From the NCBI GenBank assembly GCA_963798845.1, contig CAWCUS010000006.1, forward strand, positions 608,001 to 672,000: a stretch of DNA of 64,000 nt. The letters run 5' to 3'. Below the pieces are notes generated by a model. It worked only from the letters and a program-made list of their open reading frames with translations. It did not search any database and was not told the DNA's origin. Of this stretch, positions 18,429 through 27,390 are shown in pieces. The stretch comes from an uncultured Gemmatimonadales bacterium (GTDB lineage Bacteria; Gemmatimonadota; Gemmatimonadetes; Longimicrobiales; RSA9). Both the position numbers and the translations under genes were made by a program. How positions within the stretch are numbered: position 1 is the first letter of the stretch; the number at the start of each line of letters is the position of its first letter.

Positions 18429-19370
18429 ATGACCCGGTACACCGAGGAAGAGCTCAAGCAGAAGGTCCAGGACGGGTACATCCTGGAATCACCGGACGAG
18501 ATGACGCCGGGGTACCGCAAGGCGCTGACCGTCCAGCTGCTGGTCCAGGGCGACACGGAGCTCATGAGTGCCCCGGCCTACTGGGGCGCGGCGCAGGACG
18601 CCCCGTCCACGAACACAATGGTGAGCGCGGTGGCCATCATCCAGGACGAGCTGGCCCACGCGAACATCGCCTATCGGATCCTGGAGGACATGGGGCAGGA
18701 CAAGGAGCACCTGCTGTACGGCCGCGAGCCCCACGAGTTCAAGCACCCGTACGGCTTCGACCAGCCTCTGGAGAACTGGGCCGAGCTGGTGACGGCCAAC
18801 GGCTTCTTCGACCGCGCCGGGATCACGCTGCTCTCCGATGTCTTCCGGAACACCAGCTACGGTCCGCTCAAGCGCGCGCTGGTGAAGGTGGACATGGAGG
18901 AGACGTTCCACCTCCGGCATGGCGAGGTCTGGATGCGCCGCCTCTCCGCGGCCGGCGGCGAGGCGAAGGAGAAGCTGCAACGGGCCGTCGACTGGATGTT
19001 CCCGATCACCGTGGAGTGGTTCGGCCTCCCGGACGAGCTCAAGCGTCACAGCGACCAGCTCGCCTACCGGCTCAAGGGGATGACCAACGACGAGCTGCGG
19101 CAGACGTGGATGAGCTCAACGGTGCCGCTGTGCGAGTCCATCGGCATCGAGGTCCCGGCCCATCTCGACGAGCGCACCGGCCAGTACGTCCTGGAGTACC
19201 CGTTCCCGTGCGGGTACGACGCGGAGGCGAAGGCGTGGGACTTCGCGGGCGGGGAGATCACGTGGGACCGGGTCTTCGAGCGCTGGAAGGCGCGAGGCCC
19301 GATGAACGAGCGCTATGTCGAGTCGGTGCGGCGCAGTCACCTGGACGTCAACCGGCTGCTCGCCGCGTGA
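18429..19370 (+). CDS. PaaA-like di-iron (ferritin-like) oxygenase subunit
   Basis: SD GAGGAG; QGDTE, QDELAH, FFDRA, EETFH, LQRAVDWMFP; PaaA/PaaC family. Confidence 0.88.
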   Translation: MTRYTEEELKQKVQDGYILESPDEMTPGYRKALTVQLLVQGDTELMSAPAYWGAAQDAPSTNTMVSAVAIIQDELAHANIAYRILEDMGQDKEHLLYGREPHEFKHPYGFDQPLENWAELVTANGFFDRAGITLLSDVFRNTSYGPLKRALVKVDMEETFHLRHGEVWMRRLSAAGGEAKEKLQRAVDWMFPITVEWFGLPDELKRHSDQLAYRLKGMTNDELRQTWMSSTVPLCESIGIEVPAHLDERTGQYVLEYPFPCGYDAEAKAWDFAGGEITWDRVFERWKARGPMNERYVESVRRSHLDVNRLLAA

Positions 19371-19819
19371 GTGCGTCTCCGGCGATCGGACCGGACGAGC
19401 CGGGTGCCCGGTCGGGGAGCGGGGCGGCGGAGCGCTCCGCGGTAGGGATCCGCGGTCCGGCCCTGAACGCGTCGGTCGGCGCGCCGTTGCTGGACCACGT
19501 GATCGTGCGGCCCGGCCAGGAGCGGCACTGGCGCGCGCTCAAGGAGGTGCTGGACCCGGAGCTCCCGATCAGCGTGGTGGACATGGGGCTGATCTACGAC
19601 ATCCGGGAGTCGGGCGGCTGCGTGGACGTGACCATGACGTTCACTGCCACGGCGTGCCCGTGCATGACGCTGATGCAGGGGGACGTCCGGGATCGTCTGC
19701 TGCGGCAGGCCGGCGTGGAGCGGGTCGTGGTGGAGGTGGTGTGGGACCCGCCCTGGACCCGCGGCATGATCACGGAGGAAGGGCGGGCGACGCTGCGCAG
19801 GTACGGCGTGGCCGCCTGA
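19367..19819 (+). CDS. DUF59/FeS_assembly_P protein (PaaD N-terminal-like)
   Basis: GTG overlaps the upstream stop; LKEVLDPELPISVVDMGLIYDI, TFTATACPC, VWDPPWT. Confidence 0.88.
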   Translation: MSASPAIGPDEPGARSGSGAAERSAVGIRGPALNASVGAPLLDHVIVRPGQERHWRALKEVLDPELPISVVDMGLIYDIRESGGCVDVTMTFTATACPCMTLMQGDVRDRLLRQAGVERVVVEVVWDPPWTRGMITEEGRATLRRYGVAA

Positions 19820-19848
19820 CAGGATCGGCCAGAGACAGGGACAGGCAA

Positions 19849-20055
19849 ATGATCTTCGAAGTCTTCGCTCGCAAGTCCCGGGGTGAGCCGCTGCGCCACA
19901 TCGGGAGCCTGAACGCGCCCGAGGCCGAGCTGGCGAGGGTGTACGCCTTCAACACGTACGACGAGGAGCGCTGGTTCGACATGTACGTGGTGGCGAGGGA
20001 CGACTTGCACGAGGTGTTCACGGTCGATCGGGGTGAGCCCGTGGAGGCCGGGTGA
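19849..20055 (+). CDS. PaaB-like small protein
   Basis: MIFEVFARKSRGEPLRHIGSLNAPEAELA matches the PaaB EVF...HxGSLxAP pattern. Confidence 0.82.
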   Translation: MIFEVFARKSRGEPLRHIGSLNAPEAELARVYAFNTYDEERWFDMYVVARDDLHEVFTVDRGEPVEAG

Positions 20056-20849
20056 GCACCCAGACGCGTGCGGCGCTCGACGAGTCGACGCGCGCTGCCG
20101 TCCGGGACCTGATTCTCGTGCTGGCGGACAGCAAGCGGCTGCTCGGCTACCGCTATGCCGAGTGGATGCTGGGCGCCCCGGAGCTGGAGACGGGCATCGC
20201 GTGCTCGTCCATGGCCCAGGACGAGTGGGGACACGCTCGCCTGCTGTACGCGCTGCTGAAGGACTTCGACGACGACGTGGACGCCCTGGAGCACGGCCGT
20301 CCCGCCGCCGAATACCGGTCCATTGCCGCGCTCGACGCTCCGCCGGACGGGTGGCCGGGAGTGGTCGCGCTCATGGTCCTGGTCGACGGCGCGCTCTGCG
20401 TCCAGTTCGAGGCGCTGCGCGGCTCCGCCTACGAGCCGCTCCGCCAGCGCATGGCGAAGATGCTCGAGGAGGAGCGGTTCCACGCCGCCCACGGCAGCGC
20501 GTGGCTGCGACGCCTGGCCGGCGGCGGCAATGCGTCGCGCGCCGCGATGGTGGCGGCCATCGAGGAGATGATCGGGCCGGTGCTCGCGTGGTTCGGCCCC
20601 GACGGCGGGAGCGGGGCGTCACTGGTGGAGGCGGGGATCGCGGACGCGGCAGGGGGCGGGCTGCGTCGTCGGTTCCTGGAGAGGGTGGCGCCGCTTCTCG
20701 ACGCTGCGGGACTCGATGCCCCGGGCATGGCCGATCCCGACCTGGCCGGCTTCGACCCCGTTCGCCGGCGGGTGGGTGGCGGTGCGCCCGACGAGGGGAC
20801 CGTCGCGAAGATCCGGGGCGACCGGAACCGTCCGTTCCTCATGGATTGA
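20052..20849 (+). CDS. PaaC-like subunit
   Basis: LADSKRLLGYRYAEWMLGAPELE, QDEWGH, EEERFH. Confidence 0.88.
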   Translation: MSTQTRAALDESTRAAVRDLILVLADSKRLLGYRYAEWMLGAPELETGIACSSMAQDEWGHARLLYALLKDFDDDVDALEHGRPAAEYRSIAALDAPPDGWPGVVALMVLVDGALCVQFEALRGSAYEPLRQRMAKMLEEERFHAAHGSAWLRRLAGGGNASRAAMVAAIEEMIGPVLAWFGPDGGSGASLVEAGIADAAGGGLRRRFLERVAPLLDAAGLDAPGMADPDLAGFDPVRRRVGGGAPDEGTVAKIRGDRNRPFLMD

Positions 20850-21061
20850 TGACGACGCCCAGGTTCGACGCCCGCGACTACGGTCTGCCGGAGCACGTCC
20901 CGTGCACGTTCTGCGGCGGCGAGGACACCGAGCTGCACTCCCCGTTCGGAAGCGCGCTCTCCGTCTCCACCTACTGGTGCCGCCGGTGCTACACGGCGTT
21001 CGAATGGGTGAAATGGAAGGAGCGGGATCCCGGCGTATCGCCGGGTGACCCCGCTCCGTGA
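20849..21061 (+). CDS. PaaD C-terminal-like zinc-ribbon protein
   Basis: ATG overlaps the TGA; CTFCG...SPFGS...YWCRRC...FEWVK. Confidence 0.82.
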   Translation: MTTPRFDARDYGLPEHVPCTFCGGEDTELHSPFGSALSVSTYWCRRCYTAFEWVKWKERDPGVSPGDPAP

Positions 21062-21097
21062 GCTCGTTGCCGGGCCGGGCGCCGGGCCGAGGCGGCG

Positions 21098-21616
21098 TCA
21101 GCTCGCCAGATCGATGTCCTCGAGGAAGTCGCGCAGCGGCCCGGCCGTGACGGTGGCGGCCTCGGCCAGGTCGAGCGTGATGCCCGGCCGGTGCATCCCG
21201 TTCACCAGGACGTGGTGCGCGGCGACCTCCACGACCTTCTTGTCCGTCTGGTTCGACGCAGCGTCGTAGTACTCCGTGTAGCGCGCGCTCACCCGCTGCT
21301 CGAAGAGCGGCAGCTGGACGCGGGAAAAAGAGCCCGCGGCCATGTCCTCGTAAACCGCGCCGTGCATGGCGTCGAGCACCTCACGGACTTCGTCGGGGTA
21401 GGCGCCGAACGCCTGCTGGCACGCCCGCGTGTGAAGCCACATGAAGAAGATCAGCGCCTCTTCCGGCTCTATCGTGGGGAGCACCAGGACGGCGGCATCG
21501 CCGTGGTCATCATCCTGCGCGGGGATTCCCCGACGCTCGATGAAGTCGGAGAAGCTTTCCCACACCAGCTGAGCCAGGTTGTCACCCAGCTCCGGGGCCG
21601 ACATGCGCATGTTCAA
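21098..21616 (-). CDS. hypothetical protein
   Basis: 172-aa ORF with balanced, protein-like composition; no motif recognised. Confidence 0.7.
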   Translation of the reverse strand: MNMRMSAPELGDNLAQLVWESFSDFIERRGIPAQDDDHGDAAVLVLPTIEPEEALIFFMWLHTRACQQAFGAYPDEVREVLDAMHGAVYEDMAAGSFSRVQLPLFEQRVSARYTEYYDAASNQTDKKVVEVAAHHVLVNGMHRPGITLDLAEAATVTAGPLRDFLEDIDLAS

Positions 21617-21718
21617 GCCTCCGATCTTGGTCCAGGGGGATGGCTAATAGGGTCGAGAGCGGGCAGTGGTGTCAAGGTTTTCGGACGTGGCTCCGGCGCC
21701 CTCGGGGGGACGTGAGTC

Positions 21719-24424
21719 TCACCTGCCGCCGCCAGGAAGCAGCTTGCGCAGCCGCTTGCGGATGGCTTCCTGGGCCGCCGCACGGAGGCTGTCCGCCCGT
21801 TGGGCCAGGGAGTCGGCCACGGCGGCCGCGGCCGAGTCCACGGCGGGGCGACCGAGCGAGTCCAGGACCATGCCGCCCACGGAATCGGGCGCGCCGAGCC
21901 GGGACGCGGCCGCTGCGGCCGCGCGCCGCGCCAGCGCACCGGCCTCCTGCTCGGCCGCCGCCTTCGCCCTCGCCGTGGCCGCGTCCGCAGCAGACGAGAA
22001 ATCCAGCGCCACCTTCGGCGCGGCGGCCGTGCCGGTGATACGGATCCCGACGGGGATCCGCCCCTCCGCGTCCGCCAGCAGAGCCGCCTGCCGCCCCAGG
22101 TTTCCCGCGCGCGCGAGCGTCTCCGAGGGGAGGAAGAGGGTGGCGTCCAGATCGAGGGCGCCACTCAGGTCGAACGCCCCGGCGGCGCGCCCCGCCAGCC
22201 CGGGCGCATCGAGAACCGTTTCGTCGAGCGTCACCACGGTGCCGCTCACACCGAAGCTGCCGGCCCATTCGCGGAACCGGAGCGTGTCGAGAGAAGGCAG
22301 GCCGACGCGGCGAGCAATGCTGTCCAGCGGGGCCCACCCCGTGAAGCGGCCGCCGGAGAGGGCGACGGTCCCGCCGGCCTGAACGCTTTCGCGGAGCGGC
22401 AGGGCTGTCCGGTCGAGGGTCATGCGCAGCGTGCCGGTGAGCGCCAGGCTGCCCGTGAGGTGGTCGCGGAACGGCGTGAGGCGATCGAAGAACGGCGCGG
22501 CGCCCACGGCATCCATGGCGTAGTCCGCGGCGAGCAGCGTCTCCACGGGAGCGCCCGTGCTGTCGGTGCGCAGCGGCCGGATCTCGCCGCTCCCGGTCAG
22601 CGTCCCGCCCATGAACCGGGCCCAGACGCTGTCCAGCGCCAGCCGCTCCGAACTGAGCGAGACCCGGGCGCTCACGTCGCCGTACGACAACCCGTTGCGG
22701 ACCAGCTTCCGAGCGTCGATGCGCGCGTCCGCCGCCAGGCGTGGCAGCGCCGGAACCGCCAGTCCCTCGTCGGCCGCCGCCTGGCCGGCGGTGCGCCCGT
22801 CCACCGGGCGGTCGCGCAGGCGAGCGAACAGGAGCGGAGGATAAGTGCTCTGCGGGGCACCGAAAATGGCATCGAGGTCGAGCGAGTCGGCCACGATGCG
22901 CACCGTCGCCCGCGGCGGCGGTCCGGATCGGTCCAGGACGCCGGCGAGCACGTTGGACGCCCGGGCGCTCACGAGCAGCGGCGATCGATCGCGGCCGATC
23001 TCCAGCGGGAGCGAGTCGATTCGGACGGCGTCCCCGTCGAAGCGAGCCACCGCGCGCGAAACGGCCACCGCAGCCGGTCCGAGCCCCGTAGCGCGCAGCT
23101 CATCCATCCGGATCGTGCCGCGCACCCGGCTGCGCTCCCGGTGGCGCAGCGGCACGGCACCGGAAAGGTCCGCGGCAACGCGCCCGGCCAGGCTGGCCGT
23201 GTCGGGCACGAGCCGGAACGGCTTCAATCGCGCGAGATCGACGCCGCCATCGATCGTGAACTCCGCGACGGGCTCGTCGGGGGAGCGGACGGCCAGCGAG
23301 GTGGTGAAGGGTGAGCCCAGCGCGGCCCCGTGGGCGGCGGCGGCGAGGGAGTCCCGGGAGAGGGCGGCGGTGAGCCGGATGCCGTCGGCGAGGACGTCGT
23401 CGCCCGCGCGCACCTCGCCATCGGTCAGCTCCAGCCGCGCGTCCAGCGCCGGGAGGGAGTCGGGCGTGAGAGCGCCCGCGATGTCCACCGTGAGCGCGGC
23501 CGTCCCGGCCAGCCTGATCGGGCGCCCGTCCGGGAGGACCAGGCGCTGTCTCGCCGAATCGGGAATCCAGGCCATGAGCTCGCTGGCGTCCACCCCCGCC
23601 GCGCGGAAGTGGAGGTCCCCGGTCCGGCCGGTGTTCGAGCGCGCGTCGCGAACGTCGCCGCTCCCGGAGAGCGTGACGCCGTTCACCGTCAGCGACGCAC
23701 TCCGCAGCTCCAGGTGGTCCTGCGCGAGATCCAGGGTCGCGTCGTGGTCGAGGCGGAGGCTGAGGTCGCGAGTGGGAAGGAGGACGCCCGGGAGCCGGGC
23801 GTCGACGTCGTCGAATGCGATCCACCCGGAGAAGTCCACGCTGGCGAGCTCGCCGCCTCGGATGTCGCCGGCGAGGCGCAGCTGCTGTGACCAGCCGTCG
23901 AGGCGGATCACCCGGCCATCCCGCTGGTCGCGGAACGCCAGCCGGCCACCATCGACCCGGACATCACGGACGTCGAACGAGACGCTTCCGCCCGTCCCGG
24001 CGGGGGTGGCGGCCGTCGTGTCGGCCGCGCGGGCCAGGAGCCGGAGGTTCGGCCTGCCCGTGGAGTCGAGCTGGAGGAAGAGGCGGGGTCGGGCGAGAGC
24101 GAGCCGGTCCACGACCACCCGGCCGCGCAGGAGTGGCAGCAGCCTCGCCGTGAGGTCCACCCGGTCGACGGCCGCCAGCGCGCTGCTGTCGCTCCCGCCC
24201 ACCGCGACGTCCCGGAGCCGCACGCCGGGGTGTGGGAAGAGGATCACCCTGGCGCCCCCCACGCGTACCGGCTGGCCCAGCACGGCTTCGGCACGCCGCG
24301 CTGCGGCTGCCCCGACCGCCTCCTCCGGGATCAGGAACGCGGCGGCGACAATGGCCACCGCGGCCAATCCGACGAGGCCCAGCCCCGCCAGGAGCCCCCG
24401 CTTCGCCATCAGGCCGGGCGCCAC
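21719..24424 (-). CDS. AsmA-like periplasmic protein
   Basis: N-terminal TM helix, LFPHPGVRLRDV, LLPLLRGRVVVDRL, C-terminal IPVGIRITGTAAAPKVALD. Confidence 0.88.
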   Translation of the reverse strand: MAPGLMAKRGLLAGLGLVGLAAVAIVAAAFLIPEEAVGAAAARRAEAVLGQPVRVGGARVILFPHPGVRLRDVAVGGSDSSALAAVDRVDLTARLLPLLRGRVVVDRLALARPRLFLQLDSTGRPNLRLLARAADTTAATPAGTGGSVSFDVRDVRVDGGRLAFRDQRDGRVIRLDGWSQQLRLAGDIRGGELASVDFSGWIAFDDVDARLPGVLLPTRDLSLRLDHDATLDLAQDHLELRSASLTVNGVTLSGSGDVRDARSNTGRTGDLHFRAAGVDASELMAWIPDSARQRLVLPDGRPIRLAGTAALTVDIAGALTPDSLPALDARLELTDGEVRAGDDVLADGIRLTAALSRDSLAAAAHGAALGSPFTTSLAVRSPDEPVAEFTIDGGVDLARLKPFRLVPDTASLAGRVAADLSGAVPLRHRERSRVRGTIRMDELRATGLGPAAVAVSRAVARFDGDAVRIDSLPLEIGRDRSPLLVSARASNVLAGVLDRSGPPPRATVRIVADSLDLDAIFGAPQSTYPPLLFARLRDRPVDGRTAGQAAADEGLAVPALPRLAADARIDARKLVRNGLSYGDVSARVSLSSERLALDSVWARFMGGTLTGSGEIRPLRTDSTGAPVETLLAADYAMDAVGAAPFFDRLTPFRDHLTGSLALTGTLRMTLDRTALPLRESVQAGGTVALSGGRFTGWAPLDSIARRVGLPSLDTLRFREWAGSFGVSGTVVTLDETVLDAPGLAGRAAGAFDLSGALDLDATLFLPSETLARAGNLGRQAALLADAEGRIPVGIRITGTAAAPKVALDFSSAADAATARAKAAAEQEAGALARRAAAAAASRLGAPDSVGGMVLDSLGRPAVDSAAAAVADSLAQRADSLRAAAQEAIRKRLRKLLPGGGR

Positions 24425-24427
24425 GGG

Positions 24428-24736
24428 CTATTCAGCGGGAACGGCCTCCCACCCGATCGCCACCGAGCGGTCGTCGCGAACGGCGTCCTCCGTCGGAATG
24501 ACGAGGTCGAACTCCTTGTACTCATCGACGCGGTCCTTCCTCTGGAACCCGCCGGTGGCCGAGAGCCCTTTCACGGTGACGGTGCGCTCCTCGCCATCCG
24601 GCGCGCGCAGGCGCAGGGACTTCCCCGGCTTCAGCATGGACGGGGCGAAGTCGCCGCCGAGCAGCTTGAGCCGTAGCATCCAGCCGCGGAGCGGGACGAA
24701 ATAGGCGTCTGAAACGCGGAATCGGAAATCGGACAT
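24428..24736 (-). CDS. small protein resembling EF-Tu domain II beta-barrel
   Basis: MSDFRFRVSDAYFVPLRGWMLRL...LKPGKSLRLRAPDGEERTVTVKGL; the real tail of the 24428..26272 shadow ORF. Confidence 0.7.
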   Translation of the reverse strand: MSDFRFRVSDAYFVPLRGWMLRLKLLGGDFAPSMLKPGKSLRLRAPDGEERTVTVKGLSATGGFQRKDRVDEYKEFDLVIPTEDAVRDDRSVAIGWEAVPAE

Positions 24737-24901
24737 GTCTTCGATACACCGGACGCTCGGCCCGGCAAGCTGCCGCCGGCCGAGGCCTGCTATGTGAACG
24801 ACGGCGCCCGCAGCGGCGCGCTGGCAATGATAACGGCGGAAGCGGCGCGCTGGCCACCCCGGCCCCTCGCATCCGGCGCGTCGGAAGCCCACCTTCAGCA
24901 C

Positions 24902-26371
24902 ATGACCGAGCACGGTGGCGGGCGCGCGAAGGCGCGCACGGGGCTGGACCTGGAGCCGGATGCCATGCGGGCCATGGGCTACGCGCTGGTCGACCGGCTG
25001 GTGGAGCGGATCGCGACGCTCGATGCCCGGCCGGCGTGGCGGGGGACGACGCGGGACGCGATGCGGGCGCGGCTGGAGGGCGTGGACCCGGCGGACCCCG
25101 CTCCTTTCGAGGCGGTCCTGGATCATCTGTTCGAAAACGTGCTGCCGTACGGGCTGAGCACGGACCACCCCCGTTTCTTCGGATTCATCCCGAGCTGCCC
25201 AACGTGGCCGGGCATACTCGGCGACTTCCTGGCGGCGGGAAGCGGCTTGTATCCGGGCACGTGGATGGGCTCGGCCGGCTACGCGGCGCTCGAGCTGGAA
25301 GTGCTCTCCTGGTTCAAGGAGTGGCTCGGCTACCCGGCTGAATCCGCGGGACTGCTTCTGAGCGGCGGCTCCATGGCGAACCTTTCCGCGCTGGTCGTGG
25401 CCCGTGAGGCACGGCTCGGGCAGGCGTGGGGCTCCGCGGTGGTCTATACGTCGGCGGAGGCGCACTCGTCCGTCGTCAAGGCGACGAGGATCCTGGGCTT
25501 CCCTCCGGGCAACGTCCGCATTCTCCCCACCGACGACCACCTGCGGCTCCCGCCCGAGGCGCTCGCCGCGGCCGTCACGGCAGACCGCGCGGCCGGCCTC
25601 CACCCCTTCCTCGTGGCCGCGAACGCCGGCTCCACAAGCACAGGGGCGGTGGACCCCCTGGCGGCCCTGGCCGACCTGTGCGAACGGGAGCGGCTCTGGC
25701 TGCACGTGGATGCCGCGTACGGCGGGTTCGCGGTGCTCACCGACGTCGGACGGCGCCTGCTGGACGGAATCCGGCGTGCGGACTCCGTCACGCTGGACCC
25801 CCACAAGTGGCTGTTCCAGCCGTTCGAAGCCGGGTGCCTGCTCGTGCGGAGCGGGCGCGGGCTGGTGGACGCGTTCCGCTCGGAGGCCAGCTACCTCCAG
25901 GACACCCGCCTGCTCTCCGGAGCCGCACCCGACGATGCGGAAGTCAACTTCGGAGAGCGGGGGCCCCAGCTCAGCCGCTCCGCCCGGGCCCTCAAGATCT
26001 GGCTGTCGGTCCGCTGCTTCGGCCTCGACCGGTTCCGGGAGGCCATCGAGAGCGGGATCCGCCTCGCGGCGCGGGCAGAGCAGTGGATCCGCACCTCCGA
26101 CGCGCTGGAGATGCTGGCGCCGGCCAGCCTCGGGATCGTGTGCTTCCATGCTCCGGGCGGGGAAGCGGAGAACGAAGCTCGCCTGCGCAGGGTACGCGAG
26201 AGCGGACTCGGGCTCATCTCCTCCACGCGCGTCGGTGGGGAGTACGCCCTGCGACTCTGCATCATGAATCACCGGACCCGTTGGGAAGACGTGGAGGCGG
26301 TCCTCCGGCAGCTCGCGCGCCCGCTCGAGGTGCCGGCGGCGACGGCGCCCGGGGAAGGCGAAAGAACGTGA
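24902..26371 (+). CDS. group II PLP-dependent amino-acid decarboxylase
   Basis: HPRFFGFIP, SGGSMANL, AHSSVVKA, LWLHVDAAYGG, ADSVTLDPHKWLF. Confidence 0.92.
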   Translation: MTEHGGGRAKARTGLDLEPDAMRAMGYALVDRLVERIATLDARPAWRGTTRDAMRARLEGVDPADPAPFEAVLDHLFENVLPYGLSTDHPRFFGFIPSCPTWPGILGDFLAAGSGLYPGTWMGSAGYAALELEVLSWFKEWLGYPAESAGLLLSGGSMANLSALVVAREARLGQAWGSAVVYTSAEAHSSVVKATRILGFPPGNVRILPTDDHLRLPPEALAAAVTADRAAGLHPFLVAANAGSTSTGAVDPLAALADLCERERLWLHVDAAYGGFAVLTDVGRRLLDGIRRADSVTLDPHKWLFQPFEAGCLLVRSGRGLVDAFRSEASYLQDTRLLSGAAPDDAEVNFGERGPQLSRSARALKIWLSVRCFGLDRFREAIESGIRLAARAEQWIRTSDALEMLAPASLGIVCFHAPGGEAENEARLRRVRESGLGLISSTRVGGEYALRLCIMNHRTRWEDVEAVLRQLARPLEVPAATAPGEGERT

Positions 26372-26502
26372 GCGTCACCGACCGTGCAGGGGTGGACACC
26401 GCCCGTGGCGGGCGTACCTTGTGCGTGGGTCGTTCCCGCATGCTTCGCTCCCGACCTGCGGACGCGGGGGCGGCGCCCCAGAGCAGCCGAAGGAGCAGCA
26501 GA

Positions 26503-26781
26503 ATGGCGACGATAGAATGCAAGCGGTGCGGGAAGACGGGCGAGCCACTGGACCGGCCGCCCTTGCGGAACGATCTCGGCGAGCGCGTCCATGCCGGGAT
26601 CTGCAGGCCGTGCTGGCAGGAATGGCTCCAGTACCAGACCGCACTGATCAATCATTACGGACTCAATGTCAGGGACCCGAAGGCGAGGGAGTTCCTGTCC
26701 CAGAACATGGACGCGTTCCTCTTCCGCTCCGGAGACGCCGAGGACATCGATACGAGCAAGGAAGGTCAGATAAGCTGGTGA
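26503..26781 (+). CDS. Fe(II)-trafficking / oxidative-damage protection protein (YggX-like)
   Basis: SD AAGGAG; LGERVHAGICRPCWQEWLQYQTALINHYGLN...AREFL. Confidence 0.88.
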   Translation: MATIECKRCGKTGEPLDRPPLRNDLGERVHAGICRPCWQEWLQYQTALINHYGLNVRDPKAREFLSQNMDAFLFRSGDAEDIDTSKEGQISW

Positions 26782-26787
26782 GCGACC

Positions 26788-27327
26788 GTGGGACGAATCG
26801 CTGAGCTCCGCCGCGCATGGCGCGAGGCCGTCGACAACTTCTGGCACGAGATGGAAGCGAGCGGCGATCCCGCCGGCAGCGGCGTCTATCGCCAGGTCGC
26901 CGGAGCACGCAGCCACCTCGAGCGCCTCGACCACGAGATCGGTGAGACGCGCCTGCGCCTGAAGGAAGAGAAAGAGCAGGCGGCCGCGTGCGACCGACGC
27001 GAGCGCATGGCCCGCGACATCAGCGACGCCGAGACGGCACGCATCGCCGCCGAGTACGGCGCGCGTCACCGGGAGCGGGCGGGCGTCCTGGAGCGGAAGG
27101 TCAATGCGCTGGACGCGGAGCGCCGCCTCTGCCGGCGCGATCTCGACGAGATGGAGAAAGCGCTCCACGAAGGCCGCGTGGCGGACACCGAGCGCCCCGA
27201 GCTCGACGACCTCAACGCGCACCCCAGGGAAGGCGAGTTCAGGAACCTGGAAGACGCCGAGCGGGGACGCTCCGCCGATGCTCGCCTCGAGGACCTGAAG
27301 CGGCGGATACAGCGGGACGGCGGCTGA
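26788..27327 (+). CDS. PspA/IM30-like coiled-coil protein
   Basis: Heptad-rich helical protein; ERMARDISDAETARIA, EFRNLE, DARLEDLKRR C-terminus. Confidence 0.65.
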   Translation: MGRIAELRRAWREAVDNFWHEMEASGDPAGSGVYRQVAGARSHLERLDHEIGETRLRLKEEKEQAAACDRRERMARDISDAETARIAAEYGARHRERAGVLERKVNALDAERRLCRRDLDEMEKALHEGRVADTERPELDDLNAHPREGEFRNLEDAERGRSADARLEDLKRRIQRDGG

Positions 27328-27390
27328 GTCCCCCGGGCGGCGGTCGTCCGCCTCCGCGCCGCCGCACCCCGCTCAGGCCGTCCGGTACGG

